From NCBI GenBank assembly GCA_965225945.1, contig CBDDBZ010000037.1, positions 64,001 through 128,000 of the forward strand: DNA of 64,000 nt. The letters run 5' to 3'. The notes beneath the pieces are model-generated. The model was not told where the DNA came from. It searched no databases and was given only the letters and a program-made list of their open reading frames with translations. The stretch comes from Alphaproteobacteria bacterium (lineage in GTDB: Bacteria; Pseudomonadota; Alphaproteobacteria; GCA-2731375). The translations under genes and the position numbers were made by a program. Below, piece by piece: positions 30,771 through 41,571 of this stretch (its first letter is position 1; each line of letters opens with the position of its first letter).

Positions 30771-31984
30771 TGGCGCTCTACATGATCGGTCTGGATCGCT
30801 TCAAGTTAGTCAACGACAGCCATGGCCAAAGGATCGGCGACGGTTTGCTGGTGCAGTTCGCGACCAGGCTGTCGCGTTTTCTGCGCAGGACCGACACGCT
30901 CGCGCGGCTGGGGGGCGACGAGTTCGCGATCATCACCACCAACCTCGATCGCGACGCCGCCGCCTCGGTGACCGCCGAGAAGATCATCGATTCGGTGGCC
31001 GAGCCCTTCATCATCGACAGCCACCATATCAACAGCGCCGCCAGCGTCGGAATCGTCATCTTCGATGGTCGCGAACCGGTCACCCCCGACGAGCTGTTGC
31101 AGCGCGCCGATTTCGCGCTCTACCGGGCCAAGGAGGCGGGGCACCAGCAATACCAATTCTTCGACGAGGACCTGAACCGGGCGGTACGGCGCGGTAACCT
31201 GCTGAAGAAGGAATTGGCGGCCGCGATCGGCAGCGATCAGATCCACCTCGTGTTCCAGCCGAAGATCGACATCGCCACGAAGACTATCAAGGGGGTCGAG
31301 GCGTTGACCCGCTGGACCCATCCGGAGCTGGGTCCGATCTCGCCGGCCGAATTCATCCCGATCGCCGAGATGACCGGTCAGATCCTCGATCTCTCCGACT
31401 GGGCCCTGGAGACCGCGTTCAAGACCATCGGGAGCTGGCGCGGGACGGTCCTGGAGACCGTGCCGATCGCCCTCAACGTCTCCGCGGTGCAGTTGAAGAG
31501 TGGCGACATCGTCAACACCATCCAGCGGCTGATGCGTCGCTACGGCGTCTTGCCGCGGGATTTCGCCCTCGAAATCACCGAGACCACGGCACTCGAGGAT
31601 CTCGAGGGGGGAATCGACCGGCTGACCGCGCTACGCGACATGGGCGTCGAGATCGCCATCGACGACTTCGGCACCGGCTATTCGTCCTTGGCGCTGGCGA
31701 CCACCCTGCCGGCCGATCAATTGAAGATCGACAAGTCGTTCGTATCCGGCATGCTGGAACGGTCGTCCGACGCGGCGGCGGTGAATACCACCATCACGCT
31801 TGCCCACAGCCTCGGCATGAGCGTCGTCGTCGAAGGGGTCGAGACGATGGAGGAGTTCGAGTATCTGGACCGCAGCGGCTGTGACCAAGTGCAAGGCTTC
31901 TTGATCGTCAAGCCGCTCGCGGCCGAAGAGCTGGTGACTTGGTATGCGCTCGAACGCGACACCTTGCTGCGCGTCGCGGCCTGA
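30770..31984 (+). CDS. GGDEF-EAL protein, N-terminally truncated by IS3
   Basis: RLGGDEF, VEALTRW, IDDFGTGYSSL, VEGVE; begins abruptly inside the GGDEF domain. Confidence 0.85.
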   Translation: MALYMIGLDRFKLVNDSHGQRIGDGLLVQFATRLSRFLRRTDTLARLGGDEFAIITTNLDRDAAASVTAEKIIDSVAEPFIIDSHHINSAASVGIVIFDGREPVTPDELLQRADFALYRAKEAGHQQYQFFDEDLNRAVRRGNLLKKELAAAIGSDQIHLVFQPKIDIATKTIKGVEALTRWTHPELGPISPAEFIPIAEMTGQILDLSDWALETAFKTIGSWRGTVLETVPIALNVSAVQLKSGDIVNTIQRLMRRYGVLPRDFALEITETTALEDLEGGIDRLTALRDMGVEIAIDDFGTGYSSLALATTLPADQLKIDKSFVSGMLERSSDAAAVNTTITLAHSLGMSVVVEGVETMEEFEYLDRSGCDQVQGFLIVKPLAAEELVTWYALERDTLLRVAA

Positions 31985-32142
31985 TCCCCCCCCCCGGCCG
32001 GCGAGCCCCGTGCCGCCCCGACGCCAACCACCCCGGGAATGGTGTCGGCAATACGGATGCGCTGGCGCCGAATTGGCGTTATTCTCGGATTTGCCCGGCC
32101 GATCGCCGGGTGGTGCCGATAGCGGCGGAGCGGGGAGCGGCC

Positions 32143-33441
32143 ATGGCGGCCACGGGACAGGGCTGGAGCAGTCGGTTGCTGGCGCCTCTGGTGAACCTGC
32201 GGATGCGCAAGCGCATCGAGCCGGAAGACGAGGATCCCGTCCGTTTCGGCGAGCGTCAAGGCTACCCCTCGCGGCCGCGACCTCCGGGCCATTTGATCTG
32301 GATTCATGCGGCGGGCGAGAGCGAAGCCGTGTCCGCGCTCACTCTGATCGAAGGTATTCGCCGTGCCGACGAGGCGGTCTCCGTCTTGCTGACCAGCGAG
32401 ACCGCGGCCGCGTCGCGGTTGATCGGGCAACGCATCTCCAAACGCGTGGTGCATCAATATCTGCCTTACGATCAGGCGTCCGCCATCGACAACTTCCTCG
32501 ACCATTGGCATCCCGACGCCGCGATCTGGGTGGAAGCCGGGTTCTGGCCCAACTTGGTGAGGGCGACGCGCGCGCTCGGGGTTCCGATGCTGTTGATCAA
32601 CGCGAGGATCTCGGAGAATTCGTTTCGCGGCTGGCGCCGGGCGCCCAAACTGATCCGGAGCATGCTGGGCTGTTTCGACCTCTGCGTGGCGCAGAGCTTG
32701 CCCGACGTGGGGCGCCTGGCGACGCTCGGGGCCGGGAACGCCGCCTGCGTCGGCAACCTGAAGGCGGCCGCGCCGCCGCTGCCGGCCGACGAGCGGATGC
32801 TCGAACGGCTCGGCCGCAGTATCGGCCGGCGCCCCGTCTGGCTCGCCGCCGGTATCGATCCGGGCGAGGAGGGCGCCATCGTCAAGGCACACACACACGC
32901 GCGCGAGGATTTCCCCGATCTGCTGACCATTCTCGCCCCGCACGAAGGCGGGCGCGGCGAGGCCGTCTCGGAATATCTGCGCCGACAGCGACTGACGGTC
33001 GCCCGACGTTCGGGGCTGGAGCCGGTCCGGTCCGAGACCGAGGTCTATGTCGCCGATAGCCTGGGCGAGATGGGGATCTTCTACCGCCTCGCGCCGATCG
33101 TCTTCGTCGGCGGCTCGCTGGTCGATCGGGGCGGACGCAATCCGTTGGAGGCGGCTTGTCTCGAGTGCGCGCTGCTCTGTGGCCCGCACATGGACAACCA
33201 CGCCGACGTGGTCCGCGAGCTGGTGCAGGCCGACGCGGCGGTCCAGGTCGAGAACCCGGCCGCGCTGTGCGAGGCGCTGACCGCCATGCTGGGTGATCCG
33301 GGCCGTGTCGCGCGGCGGGCGATGGCGGGCTCCGACCATGTCGCGCGCAGCCAGGGCGTGCTCGACGATCTGGTCGAAGAGATCTCGCCCTATATCTTCG
33401 GACGCGCTTGGGACAGCGCCACCGTCGAGCCGGCGGATTAG
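32143..33441 (+). CDS. waaA: Kdo transferase (WaaA/KdtA-like)
   Basis: WIHAA, HQYLPYD, INARISENS, FVGGSL, GRNPLEAA. Confidence 0.8.
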   Translation: MAATGQGWSSRLLAPLVNLRMRKRIEPEDEDPVRFGERQGYPSRPRPPGHLIWIHAAGESEAVSALTLIEGIRRADEAVSVLLTSETAAASRLIGQRISKRVVHQYLPYDQASAIDNFLDHWHPDAAIWVEAGFWPNLVRATRALGVPMLLINARISENSFRGWRRAPKLIRSMLGCFDLCVAQSLPDVGRLATLGAGNAACVGNLKAAAPPLPADERMLERLGRSIGRRPVWLAAGIDPGEEGAIVKAHTHAREDFPDLLTILAPHEGGRGEAVSEYLRRQRLTVARRSGLEPVRSETEVYVADSLGEMGIFYRLAPIVFVGGSLVDRGGRNPLEAACLECALLCGPHMDNHADVVRELVQADAAVQVENPAALCEALTAMLGDPGRVARRAMAGSDHVARSQGVLDDLVEEISPYIFGRAWDSATVEPAD

Positions 33442-33585
33442 CGCCGTTCGACCGCACGAAAACGCCGACACTTCGCCATGGTTGCAAGCTAGTGGCGTCC
33501 GCTAAACGAGTTCCCCGTGAAACCGAGGCGAAGCGACGGAATTTTTCCCGATCGACGCATCATCGAGACGTCATCCAGCCACCTG

Positions 33586-34329
33586 CTACCAGGGTTCCAG
33601 CCAGGGGCGGAGGTCGAGCTCGAAGGTCCAGGCGTTGCGCGGTTGCGTGTGGAGCCGCCAGTAGTTCTCGGCGATTGCCGCGGGATCGAGAATGCCGTCC
33701 CGGTCCTTCAGCGCGTAACGCTCGGGGAAATTTTGCGCGATCCACTTGGTGTCGATGGCGCCGTCGATCACCACGTGGGCGACGTGGATTCCCTTGGGGC
33801 CGAGTTCGCGCGCCATCGATTGCGCCAGCATTCGCAAGCCCGCCTTGCCGCCCGAGAAGGCGGCGTAACCGTCACCACCCCTGAGGCTCGCCGTCGCCCC
33901 GGTGAAGAGGATGGTGCCCCGTTCGCGCGCCACCATCCGCTTGGCGACTTCGCGGCCCATCAGGAAGCCGCTGAAACAGGCCATCTCCCAAGTCTTGTAA
34001 AAGACCCTCGCGGTCATCTCCAAGATTGAGAAGCGGACGTTGCCGCCGACGTTGAAGACCGCGACCTCGATCGGGCCGATCTCGCGCTCGATCCGCTCGA
34101 TGAAGGGGACCATCTCCTCCTCGGCTCGGGCATCGATGCCGTGTGCGTGCGCGATCCCGCCCTCGGCCCGGATGCCTTCCGCCAGCTTTTCGAGCTGGCT
34201 GAGATTGCGAGCACGCCGGGTGATCACGGCCTCATAGCCTTCCCGCGCGAAGCGGTGCGCGATGGCGCCGCCCGTCGCGTCGCCCGCGCCGATCACCAAC
34301 GCCACCTTGCGTTCGCCGGTCTCCGCCAT
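33586..34329 (-). CDS. SDR-family oxidoreductase
   Basis: GAGDATG, TGATASLRG, LAQSMARELGP. Confidence 0.9.
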   Translation of the reverse strand: MAETGERKVALVIGAGDATGGAIAHRFAREGYEAVITRRARNLSQLEKLAEGIRAEGGIAHAHGIDARAEEEMVPFIERIEREIGPIEVAVFNVGGNVRFSILEMTARVFYKTWEMACFSGFLMGREVAKRMVARERGTILFTGATASLRGGDGYAAFSGGKAGLRMLAQSMARELGPKGIHVAHVVIDGAIDTKWIAQNFPERYALKDRDGILDPAAIAENYWRLHTQPRNAWTFELDLRPWLEPW

Positions 34330-34453
34330 GGTCTGGTTTCTCCACCGCTCGTCTCCCTCCATCTCTAGCATTTTCGGCCGCGCGAAATTCCATCGTCGCC
34401 GCCGCGAAGCTGAATTATCCTCGATCGACGTGAAGACGAGGGGTGTAGGTTTC

Positions 34454-35812
34454 ATGGCCTGGGAAGGACGGGCGGTTCTGGGCCTGGATCACGGCCTGCC
34501 GGAGGTGGCGGCGTTCGACGTCGCGGTCGTTGGCGGCGGGGCGGCCGGCGTCGCGGCGGCGGAGACGGCGGCGCGCCATGGTCTTTCGGTCTTGTTGATC
34601 GAGCGCTACGGATTTTGCGGCGGCAACGCGGTCGCCGGCCTCTCCGGCACGATCTGCGGCCTCTACCTCTCGACCGAGCGGGGCGCCAACCGACCGGAGC
34701 AGGCGGTCTTCGGCTTCGCCGAGCGGTTCCGCGCCGCGATGGAACGGGCAGGCGGGCTGACGGCGCCGCAACGTTACGGCGCCACATGGACGGTGACCCA
34801 TGATCCCCTGGTCTGGCGCGAGGTGGGAGAGGGCTTCCTGGTCGAGGCTGGCGTCCGCGTGCTCTACCACACCATGGTGACGGGGGTGGTCATGGAGGGG
34901 GAGACGGTTCGGGGCCTGGTGGTCGATAGCAAGGCGGGGCGCGGCGTGGTTCGGGCGAAACGAGTGATCGATGCCAGCGGCGACGGTGACGTGGTCTTCC
35001 GCGCCGGCCTCGGCTTCACCATGGGCCAGGACGGCACGGTGCAGAATCCGACCATGATCTTCCGCCTGGCCGGCGTCGACGTCCCGCGCTTTCTGGCGTT
35101 CTGGGGCCCCGACACGATCTCCGGACCCGAAGTCCAGGCGATGCTGAAGCGCGAGCACGAGGCCGGCCGCTACGACCTGCCCAGGGACAAGATCTGGCTG
35201 TTCGCGACGCCGAGACCCGGCGAGATCCTGTGCAACGCAACCCGCCTGATCGGGGGGCAGGGGCGGATGCTGGACACCACCAACCCCTGGGACCTGACGG
35301 AGGCGGAATTCGTCGGCCGCCGTCAGGTCAGGGAATACGCCCGCTTTCTCCGCGATCACGTGCCGGGGCTGGAGGCGAGTTTCGTCAACGATACCGGCGT
35401 GCAAGCCGGCATCCGGCAGAGTCGCTCGATCCTGGGCACCCAGCGGCTCACCAACGAGGACGTCACCGCCCGGCGCAAGCGGGCGGACGGCATCGCCCGC
35501 TCCCCCTGGCCGATCGAACTCCATGTCGGCGACCGGCCGAAGCTCGAATGGCTGCACGACGATTTCTACGAGGTGCCCTATGGCGCCCTGGTGCCGGAGG
35601 TGGGGGAGCATCTGATCACCGCCGGGCGTTGCCTCTCGGCCGAGCACGAGGCCCTCGCCTCCTGCCGGGTGACGGCGCAGTGTTTCTCCTATGGCCAGGC
35701 GGCGGGGCTCGCGACGTTGGCCTCGCTCCGCGACGACGTCGCCTACCGGGCCATCGACGGGCCCGCGATCCGGGCCATGCTAAACGACGACGGCGCGCGA
35801 CTGGAGGGCTGA
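34454..35812 (+). CDS. FAD-dependent oxidoreductase (FAD_oxidored family)
   Basis: GGGAAG, IDASGDGD, AGRCLS. Confidence 0.85.
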   Translation: MAWEGRAVLGLDHGLPEVAAFDVAVVGGGAAGVAAAETAARHGLSVLLIERYGFCGGNAVAGLSGTICGLYLSTERGANRPEQAVFGFAERFRAAMERAGGLTAPQRYGATWTVTHDPLVWREVGEGFLVEAGVRVLYHTMVTGVVMEGETVRGLVVDSKAGRGVVRAKRVIDASGDGDVVFRAGLGFTMGQDGTVQNPTMIFRLAGVDVPRFLAFWGPDTISGPEVQAMLKREHEAGRYDLPRDKIWLFATPRPGEILCNATRLIGGQGRMLDTTNPWDLTEAEFVGRRQVREYARFLRDHVPGLEASFVNDTGVQAGIRQSRSILGTQRLTNEDVTARRKRADGIARSPWPIELHVGDRPKLEWLHDDFYEVPYGALVPEVGEHLITAGRCLSAEHEALASCRVTAQCFSYGQAAGLATLASLRDDVAYRAIDGPAIRAMLNDDGARLEG

Positions 35813-36601
35813 GTGCGCGTACTCCATGTTTTCGCGCTCGCTCTCATGGTGGCGCTGGGCGCGCCGGGCGCGGGACGGGCGCGCGAGGCCGATCTGGCGC
35901 TGGTACTGGCGATCGACTGTTCCTACAGCATCGACGATAGCGAATTCGACCAGCAGCGGTTCGGGCTCGCCGCCGCCTTCCTCGATCCCCGGGTGGTGGC
36001 GGCGATCAGCACCGGCGCCGCCGGCGCGATCCTGGTCACCGTGGTGCAGTGGTCGAACAGCGCGTCCCAAGTCCAGGCGCTGCCTTGGACCCGCGTCGCC
36101 GGCCTGGCCGACGCGGCGGGCGTCGCCGAGCGGCTCGTCGCCATGAAACGGCGCACCCTCGAGGGCGGGACCTCGATCTCGGCCGCGATCGACTTCTCCC
36201 GCGGGCTGCTCGCCGATCCCGCGCTTCGGGCGGCCAGGCGGGTGATCGACATCTCGGCCGACGGGCGCAACAACAACGGCCGCGACGTCCGCGCCGCCCG
36301 CGACGCGGCGCTGGCCGCCGGCATCACGGTCAACGGCCTGGTGATCCTGAACGCCGTGCCGACGCTGGGCTACTATTTCCGCCGCTCCGTGCTGGCGGGC
36401 GACGCCTCTTTCGTGGTCGAGGCCCTGAGCTACGATGACTACGGCGACGCCATGCTGGCCAAGTTGGTGCGGGAGATCACGGGCAACATGCTGTCGAGGC
36501 GCGCGCCGCCGCCGCCCGACGGCCCGTGGGACGTTGCCAAGGCGCGCGGCGCGCCACTACCCTCGACCCGGATCGGCGAAGGGGAGGAGGCGAGGCGATG
36601 A
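35813..36601 (+). CDS. DUF1194 (vWA-like) exported protein
   Basis: Signal peptide, LAIDCSYS MIDAS motif, TSISAAI, IDISADGRNN. Confidence 0.8.
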   Translation: MRVLHVFALALMVALGAPGAGRAREADLALVLAIDCSYSIDDSEFDQQRFGLAAAFLDPRVVAAISTGAAGAILVTVVQWSNSASQVQALPWTRVAGLADAAGVAERLVAMKRRTLEGGTSISAAIDFSRGLLADPALRAARRVIDISADGRNNNGRDVRAARDAALAAGITVNGLVILNAVPTLGYYFRRSVLAGDASFVVEALSYDDYGDAMLAKLVREITGNMLSRRAPPPPDGPWDVAKARGAPLPSTRIGEGEEARR

Positions 36602-37770
36602 AGATCAGCGGAATTCGAGATCTGCATTGTGACGCGGGGTGGCGCAACCTGTCGTTTCTGAAGATCGAGACCGACGAGGGACTGGTCGGCTGGTCGGAAT
36701 ACAACGAGAGCTATGGCGCCAAGGGGCTGACGGCGGTCATCCACTCCCTCGCCGAGGGCCTGCTCGGCGAGGATCCGCGTCCCGTCGAGCGACTGATCGC
36801 CCGGCTCTACGCCAAGACCCGCGCCGCGCCCGGCGGCCTCAACCAGCAGGCGATCGCGGCGATCGAGAACGCACTTGTCGACGTCAAGGCCCGCGCCCTG
36901 GGCATTCCGGTCTACGAGCTGTTGGGCGGGCCGGTCCGCGACCGGCTGCGGCTCTACTGGTCGCACTGTGGCTCCTACCGGGTCGATCACGCGGCGACCA
37001 TGGGCGTGGCGCCGCTCGGCAACCTCGACGACGTGGCCGCGCTGGGCGCCCAGGTCCGCGACAGCGGCTTCACCGCCCTCAAGACCAACATCTTCCTCTT
37101 CGACGAGGGCCAGCCCTTCATGTACCAGCCGGGCTTCACCCGCTCGGCCGGCTGGCCGGAGCTCAACTGGAGCCCCAAGCTGATCCGCGCGATGGACGCG
37201 CAGCTCAGCGCTTTCCGCCAGGGCACGGGCCCGGAGGTCGAATTTCTGCTCGACCTCAACTTCAACTTCAAGACCGAGGGCTACCTCCGCGTCGCCCGAT
37301 CGTTGGAGAAGCACGGCCTGATGTGGGTCGAGCTGGACATTTACGATGCCCGCGCCCTGGCGCTGATCCGCCAGTCGATCACCACGCCGGTGGCCAGTTG
37401 CGAGTCGCTTTACGGCCGGCGCGCGTTCCGTCCCTTCCTGGAGAACTATTCGATCGACGTCGCCATCGTCGACGTGCCGTGGAACGGAATCCTGGAAGCG
37501 CTGAAGATCGCCCGCATGGCCGAGGCCTTCGAGGTCAACTGCGCACCGCACAACTTTTACGGCCACCTCTCGACCCTGATGAGCGCGCACTTCTGTTCCG
37601 CCCTCACCAACTTCCGGATCATGGAAATCGACATCGACGACGTGCCGTGGAAGGACGAGCTGGTGAGCGAGCCGCCCCGGATCGAGGATGGTCACCTGCT
37701 GCTGCCGACGGGCCCCGGCTGGGGCGCCGAGATCGACGAAGCCGCCGTCGCCCGCCACCCGCCGAAGTGA
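36598..37770 (+). CDS. Mandelate racemase/acid-sugar dehydratase family enolase
   Basis: IETDEGLVGWSE, PVYELLGG, LKTN, APHN. Confidence 0.88.
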   Translation: MKISGIRDLHCDAGWRNLSFLKIETDEGLVGWSEYNESYGAKGLTAVIHSLAEGLLGEDPRPVERLIARLYAKTRAAPGGLNQQAIAAIENALVDVKARALGIPVYELLGGPVRDRLRLYWSHCGSYRVDHAATMGVAPLGNLDDVAALGAQVRDSGFTALKTNIFLFDEGQPFMYQPGFTRSAGWPELNWSPKLIRAMDAQLSAFRQGTGPEVEFLLDLNFNFKTEGYLRVARSLEKHGLMWVELDIYDARALALIRQSITTPVASCESLYGRRAFRPFLENYSIDVAIVDVPWNGILEALKIARMAEAFEVNCAPHNFYGHLSTLMSAHFCSALTNFRIMEIDIDDVPWKDELVSEPPRIEDGHLLLPTGPGWGAEIDEAAVARHPPK

Positions 37771-37839
37771 CGCCGGCCTGGGTCGCCTCGCCCGCCTCGA
37801 GGCCCTCGGCGCGCCGGCGCCCGGCGAAGCTATCGGGGC

Positions 37840-38971
37840 CTACTCCGCCGCCTCCGCCTCGGAATCGGCGCCGCCTCCGACCCGCTGAGCCAGCGCCGCC
37901 TTCAGGAAAACGTCGATGTCACCGTCGAGAACGCGGCTGGCGTCGCCCCTCTCGACGCTGGTCCGGAGGTCCTTCACCATCTGATAGGGCTGCAAGACGT
38001 AGGAGCGGATCTGATGGCCCCAGCCGATATCGGTCTTAGTTGCCTCCTGAGCCTGCTTTTCCTCTTCCCGCTTGCGCAGCTCCGCCTCGTACAGCCGGGC
38101 TTTCAGCATCTTCATCGCGGTCGCCCGATTCTTGTGTTGCGAGCGTTCCTGCTGGCATTGCACGACGATACCGGTCGGCTCGTGGGTGATACGGACGGCG
38201 CTGTCGGTGCGGTTGACGTGCTGACCACCGGCGCCCGAGGCACGGTAGGTGTCGACCCGAATGTCCGAATCGGCAATCTCGATCTCGATGTCGTCGTCGA
38301 CTTCGGGATAGACCCAGACGCTGGCGAAGCTGGTGTGGCGCCGGGCACTGGCGTCGAACGGCGAGATCCGGACCAGGCGGTGGACGCCGCATTCGGTCTT
38401 CAGCCAGCCGTAGGCGTTGGTGCCGGTGACATGAAGGGTCGCCGACTTCAGGCCCGCTTCCTCGCCCGGGCTCTCCTCGACCAGCACGGTCTTGAAATCG
38501 TTGCGGTCGGCCCAGCGATTGTACATCCGGATCAGCATCCGGGCCCAATCCTGCGACTCCGTTCCGCCGGCGCCGGCGTGGATTTCCAGATAGCAGTCGT
38601 TGCCGTCCGCCTCGTCGCCCAGCAGGGTCTCCAGTTGCCGCTTGGCCGCGAGCTCGTGAAGCGCGCGCAGTTGCGCCTCGGCGTCCGCCACGACCTCGTC
38701 GTCGCCCTCCTCCTCGCCGAGCTCGATCAACCCCACCCCATCCTCGAGTTCGGCCTGGAGCGAAACATACTGTTGGATCGCGCCGTCGAGATGCGTGCGC
38801 TCGCGCATCAGGGCCTGCGCGCGCTCCCGATCGTTCCACAGATCCGGCGACGCGATCGTCTTGTTCAGTTCCGCCAGTCGGTCCCGGGCGGCATCCAGGT
38901 CAAAGATGCCTCCTCAGGAGGGCTAGGCTCTGGTGGATCTCGTCCACCATGGCTTGCGTCTCCGCGCGCAT
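37840..38971 (-). CDS. prfB: Peptide chain release factor 2, programmed +1 frameshift
   Basis: SPF and GGQ motifs; AGGAGG-cat-CTT-TGA-C at 38914-38899 after 23 codons. Confidence 0.97.
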
Positions 38972-39046
38972 GCCACCTCCTTGCGTCCTGTGACGTCGTC
39001 GTCGGTCCCTCGGCGACGCGTGGGCCGGCCCGCGTCGCGATTCGCC

Positions 39047-41479
39047 CTAATATAGTCCGCCCGTCCCGGTACCGGGAGTCGCGCCACCGCCGGCTGTCCC
39101 GCCCGCGGCGCCGATCAGCCGACTTCCCGCCTTGGGCTCGGTACCGGGCTTGAAGGCTTCCAGGATTACCCGCTCGTCGCCCGGCCGGCTCGGCAATCCC
39201 GTGGTCGGCTCGATCCGTACCAGCTTGATTCCCGGCGGGATGCGGAAGGGCACCGTGGCGCGGGTGGTCAGCGCCTCGGCCATGAAGTCCTTGAAGATCG
39301 GCGCCGCGACGGACGCGCCCTGCTCGCCGCGACCGAGCGGCTTGGGCTCGTCGAAGCCGACGAAGACGCCCAGCGCCAGGTCCGGAGAGAAGCCCATGAA
39401 CCAGGTGTCATTGGGTCCGTTGGTCGTCCCCGTCTTGCCGGCCAATGGCTTGCCGAGCGAGGCGATCCTGCGCCCGGTGCCGCGCAGCACCACGCCCCTG
39501 AGCAGGGAGACGACCTGATAGGCCGTGGCGGCGTCGAGGACGCGCTCGCGCGTGTCGGGGATCCGGGGCTCCGGCTGGTCCGACCAGGTCGCGGCGGTGC
39601 AGCCCCGGCACGCCCGCCGGTCGTGCCGGAAGATGGTGCGGCCCCGGCGATCCTGGACCCGATCGATCACCGTGGGATCGACCCGCTTGCCGCCGTTCAC
39701 AAATATCGAATAAGCGGCGGTCAGCCGCAACAGCGTGGTCTCGCCGGCGCCGAGCGCCATGGGGAGATATTGCGGCATGTCCTCGATGATGCCGAAGCGG
39801 CTGGCATAATCGGCCACGACATCCATTCCGATCTCTTGCGCCAGGCGCACCGTCGTCAGATTTCGCGACTTCTCCAGCCCGCGACGCAACGTGTCGAAGC
39901 CATAGAACTTGCTCGAATGGTTGGTGGGCTTCCACTTCGCCTTGCCGGGCCCCTGGTCGACGACGACCGGGGCGTCGAGGATGATGCTGGCGGGGGTGAA
40001 GCCGTGGTCGAGCGCGGCGGCATAGACGAACGGCTTGAAGGCGGAGCCCGGTTGGCGCAGCGCCTGGGTCGCCCGGTTGAACGGGCTGTCGCGGAACTCG
40101 TAGCCACTGACCAAGGCCAGCACGCGCCCGGTGTGGGGATCCATCGCGACGATGGCGCCGCTGATGTCGGGCACCTGTTCCAGCCCGTGGCCGCCTTCGA
40201 CCCAATCCTTGTCCTCGGGCGGTATGGGCGATGCCGCGACGACATCGCCCGGGGCCAGTACGTCGGCGGGTTTGACTATGCGGCCCCCAAGCCTCTGTCC
40301 CTTGATCCAGCGCCGGGCCCAGCGCAAGCGGGAGAGCGGGATGACGCCCTGGGTACCGTCGGCAAAGCCGATTTCCACGGTTTTCGCGTCCAGCTTCAAC
40401 ACCACGGCGAGCTTCCAGGCGTCGATCGCGCGCGGCAACTCCAAGGCCCTCAGTTGGTCGCGCCAATCCTCCATGCTCTCCAATCGGGCGAGCGGCCCGC
40501 GCCAGCCGTGGCGGCGATCATAGCGGCGGAGACCGCGCCGCAAGACCTTTTCGGCCAGCGCCTGCAGCGTGCTGTCGAGCGTCCCGCGAATCGAGAGGCC
40601 ACCCTCGTAGAGCGCGACTTCGCCGTACCGCTCGACGACCTCGCGCCGGACCTCCTCGGCGAAATAGGCACCGCTGACGATCCCGGACGACTTCGGCCGA
40701 TTGACGCCGAGCGGCATTTTTCGCGCCGCCTCGGCCTCCGGAGCGCCGATCACGCCATCCGCGAGCATGCGCGACAGCACCCAGTTGCGCCGCACGAGTG
40801 CCGCCTCGGCGCGGCGCTCGGGGTGGAGTCTGTTCGGCGCCTTGGGCAACGCGGCGAGATAGGCGACCTCCGTCAAGGTCAACTCGTCGAGGGATTTGTC
40901 GAAATAATTGAGGGCCGCCGCCGCGACGCCGTAAGCTCTGAGACCGAGGAAGATCTCGTTCAAATAGAGTTCGAGAATCCGGTCCTTGGTGTAGGTGTTC
41001 TCGAGCCGAAACGCCAGGATCGCCTCGCGGATCTTGCGCTCGTAAGAGACCTCGGCGCTCAGGAAGAAGTTCTTAGCCACCTGCTGCGTGATCGTCGAGG
41101 CGCCGCGGGGCCGGCGGTTGGCACCGGCGAGCTTGTTCTTGACGTTGGCGAAGGCGGCGCTCGCCACCCCCAGCGGATCGATCCCGAAATGGCGGTAGAA
41201 GGTTTTGTCCTCGGCCGAGAGAAAGGCCTTGATCAGCAGCTTCGGCATCGCTTCGACAGGCACGAACAGACGCCGCTCGCGGGCGTATTCCTCGATGAGG
41301 CGACCGTCTCCGGCGTACACCCGCGACATTACCGCCGGCTTGTAGTCGACGAGCTGGCGGTGATCGGGCAGCCCCGGCGAATAGCGCCAGAAGACGTAGA
41401 ACGTCCCGGCGCTACCGAGGATCGCCAGCAACAGCAGCACCACGACCAGCTTGCCGAAGGATTTCAGGACGTCCGCCAC
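39047..41479 (-). CDS. mrcA: Penicillin-binding protein 1A
   Basis: AEDKTF, GASTITQQ, SAFK, SRN, KTG. Confidence 0.95.
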   Translation of the reverse strand: MADVLKSFGKLVVVLLLLAILGSAGTFYVFWRYSPGLPDHRQLVDYKPAVMSRVYAGDGRLIEEYARERRLFVPVEAMPKLLIKAFLSAEDKTFYRHFGIDPLGVASAAFANVKNKLAGANRRPRGASTITQQVAKNFFLSAEVSYERKIREAILAFRLENTYTKDRILELYLNEIFLGLRAYGVAAAALNYFDKSLDELTLTEVAYLAALPKAPNRLHPERRAEAALVRRNWVLSRMLADGVIGAPEAEAARKMPLGVNRPKSSGIVSGAYFAEEVRREVVERYGEVALYEGGLSIRGTLDSTLQALAEKVLRRGLRRYDRRHGWRGPLARLESMEDWRDQLRALELPRAIDAWKLAVVLKLDAKTVEIGFADGTQGVIPLSRLRWARRWIKGQRLGGRIVKPADVLAPGDVVAASPIPPEDKDWVEGGHGLEQVPDISGAIVAMDPHTGRVLALVSGYEFRDSPFNRATQALRQPGSAFKPFVYAAALDHGFTPASIILDAPVVVDQGPGKAKWKPTNHSSKFYGFDTLRRGLEKSRNLTTVRLAQEIGMDVVADYASRFGIIEDMPQYLPMALGAGETTLLRLTAAYSIFVNGGKRVDPTVIDRVQDRRGRTIFRHDRRACRGCTAATWSDQPEPRIPDTRERVLDAATAYQVVSLLRGVVLRGTGRRIASLGKPLAGKTGTTNGPNDTWFMGFSPDLALGVFVGFDEPKPLGRGEQGASVAAPIFKDFMAEALTTRATVPFRIPPGIKLVRIEPTTGLPSRPGDERVILEAFKPGTEPKAGSRLIGAAGGTAGGGATPGTGTGGLY

Positions 41480-41571
41480 TGCTTCGGACCCCGTCGCCGT
41501 TTCGTCCGGTAATTCTAGAGACTATAGTCCAAATTGTGTCGAATTGATGAAGTCGCGCGCCCGGTCCGGAA

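Noticed and set aside
38899-38914. In-frame stop in prfB as a pseudogene or novelty
   Set aside because: Canonical programmed +1 frameshift with internal Shine-Dalgarno.
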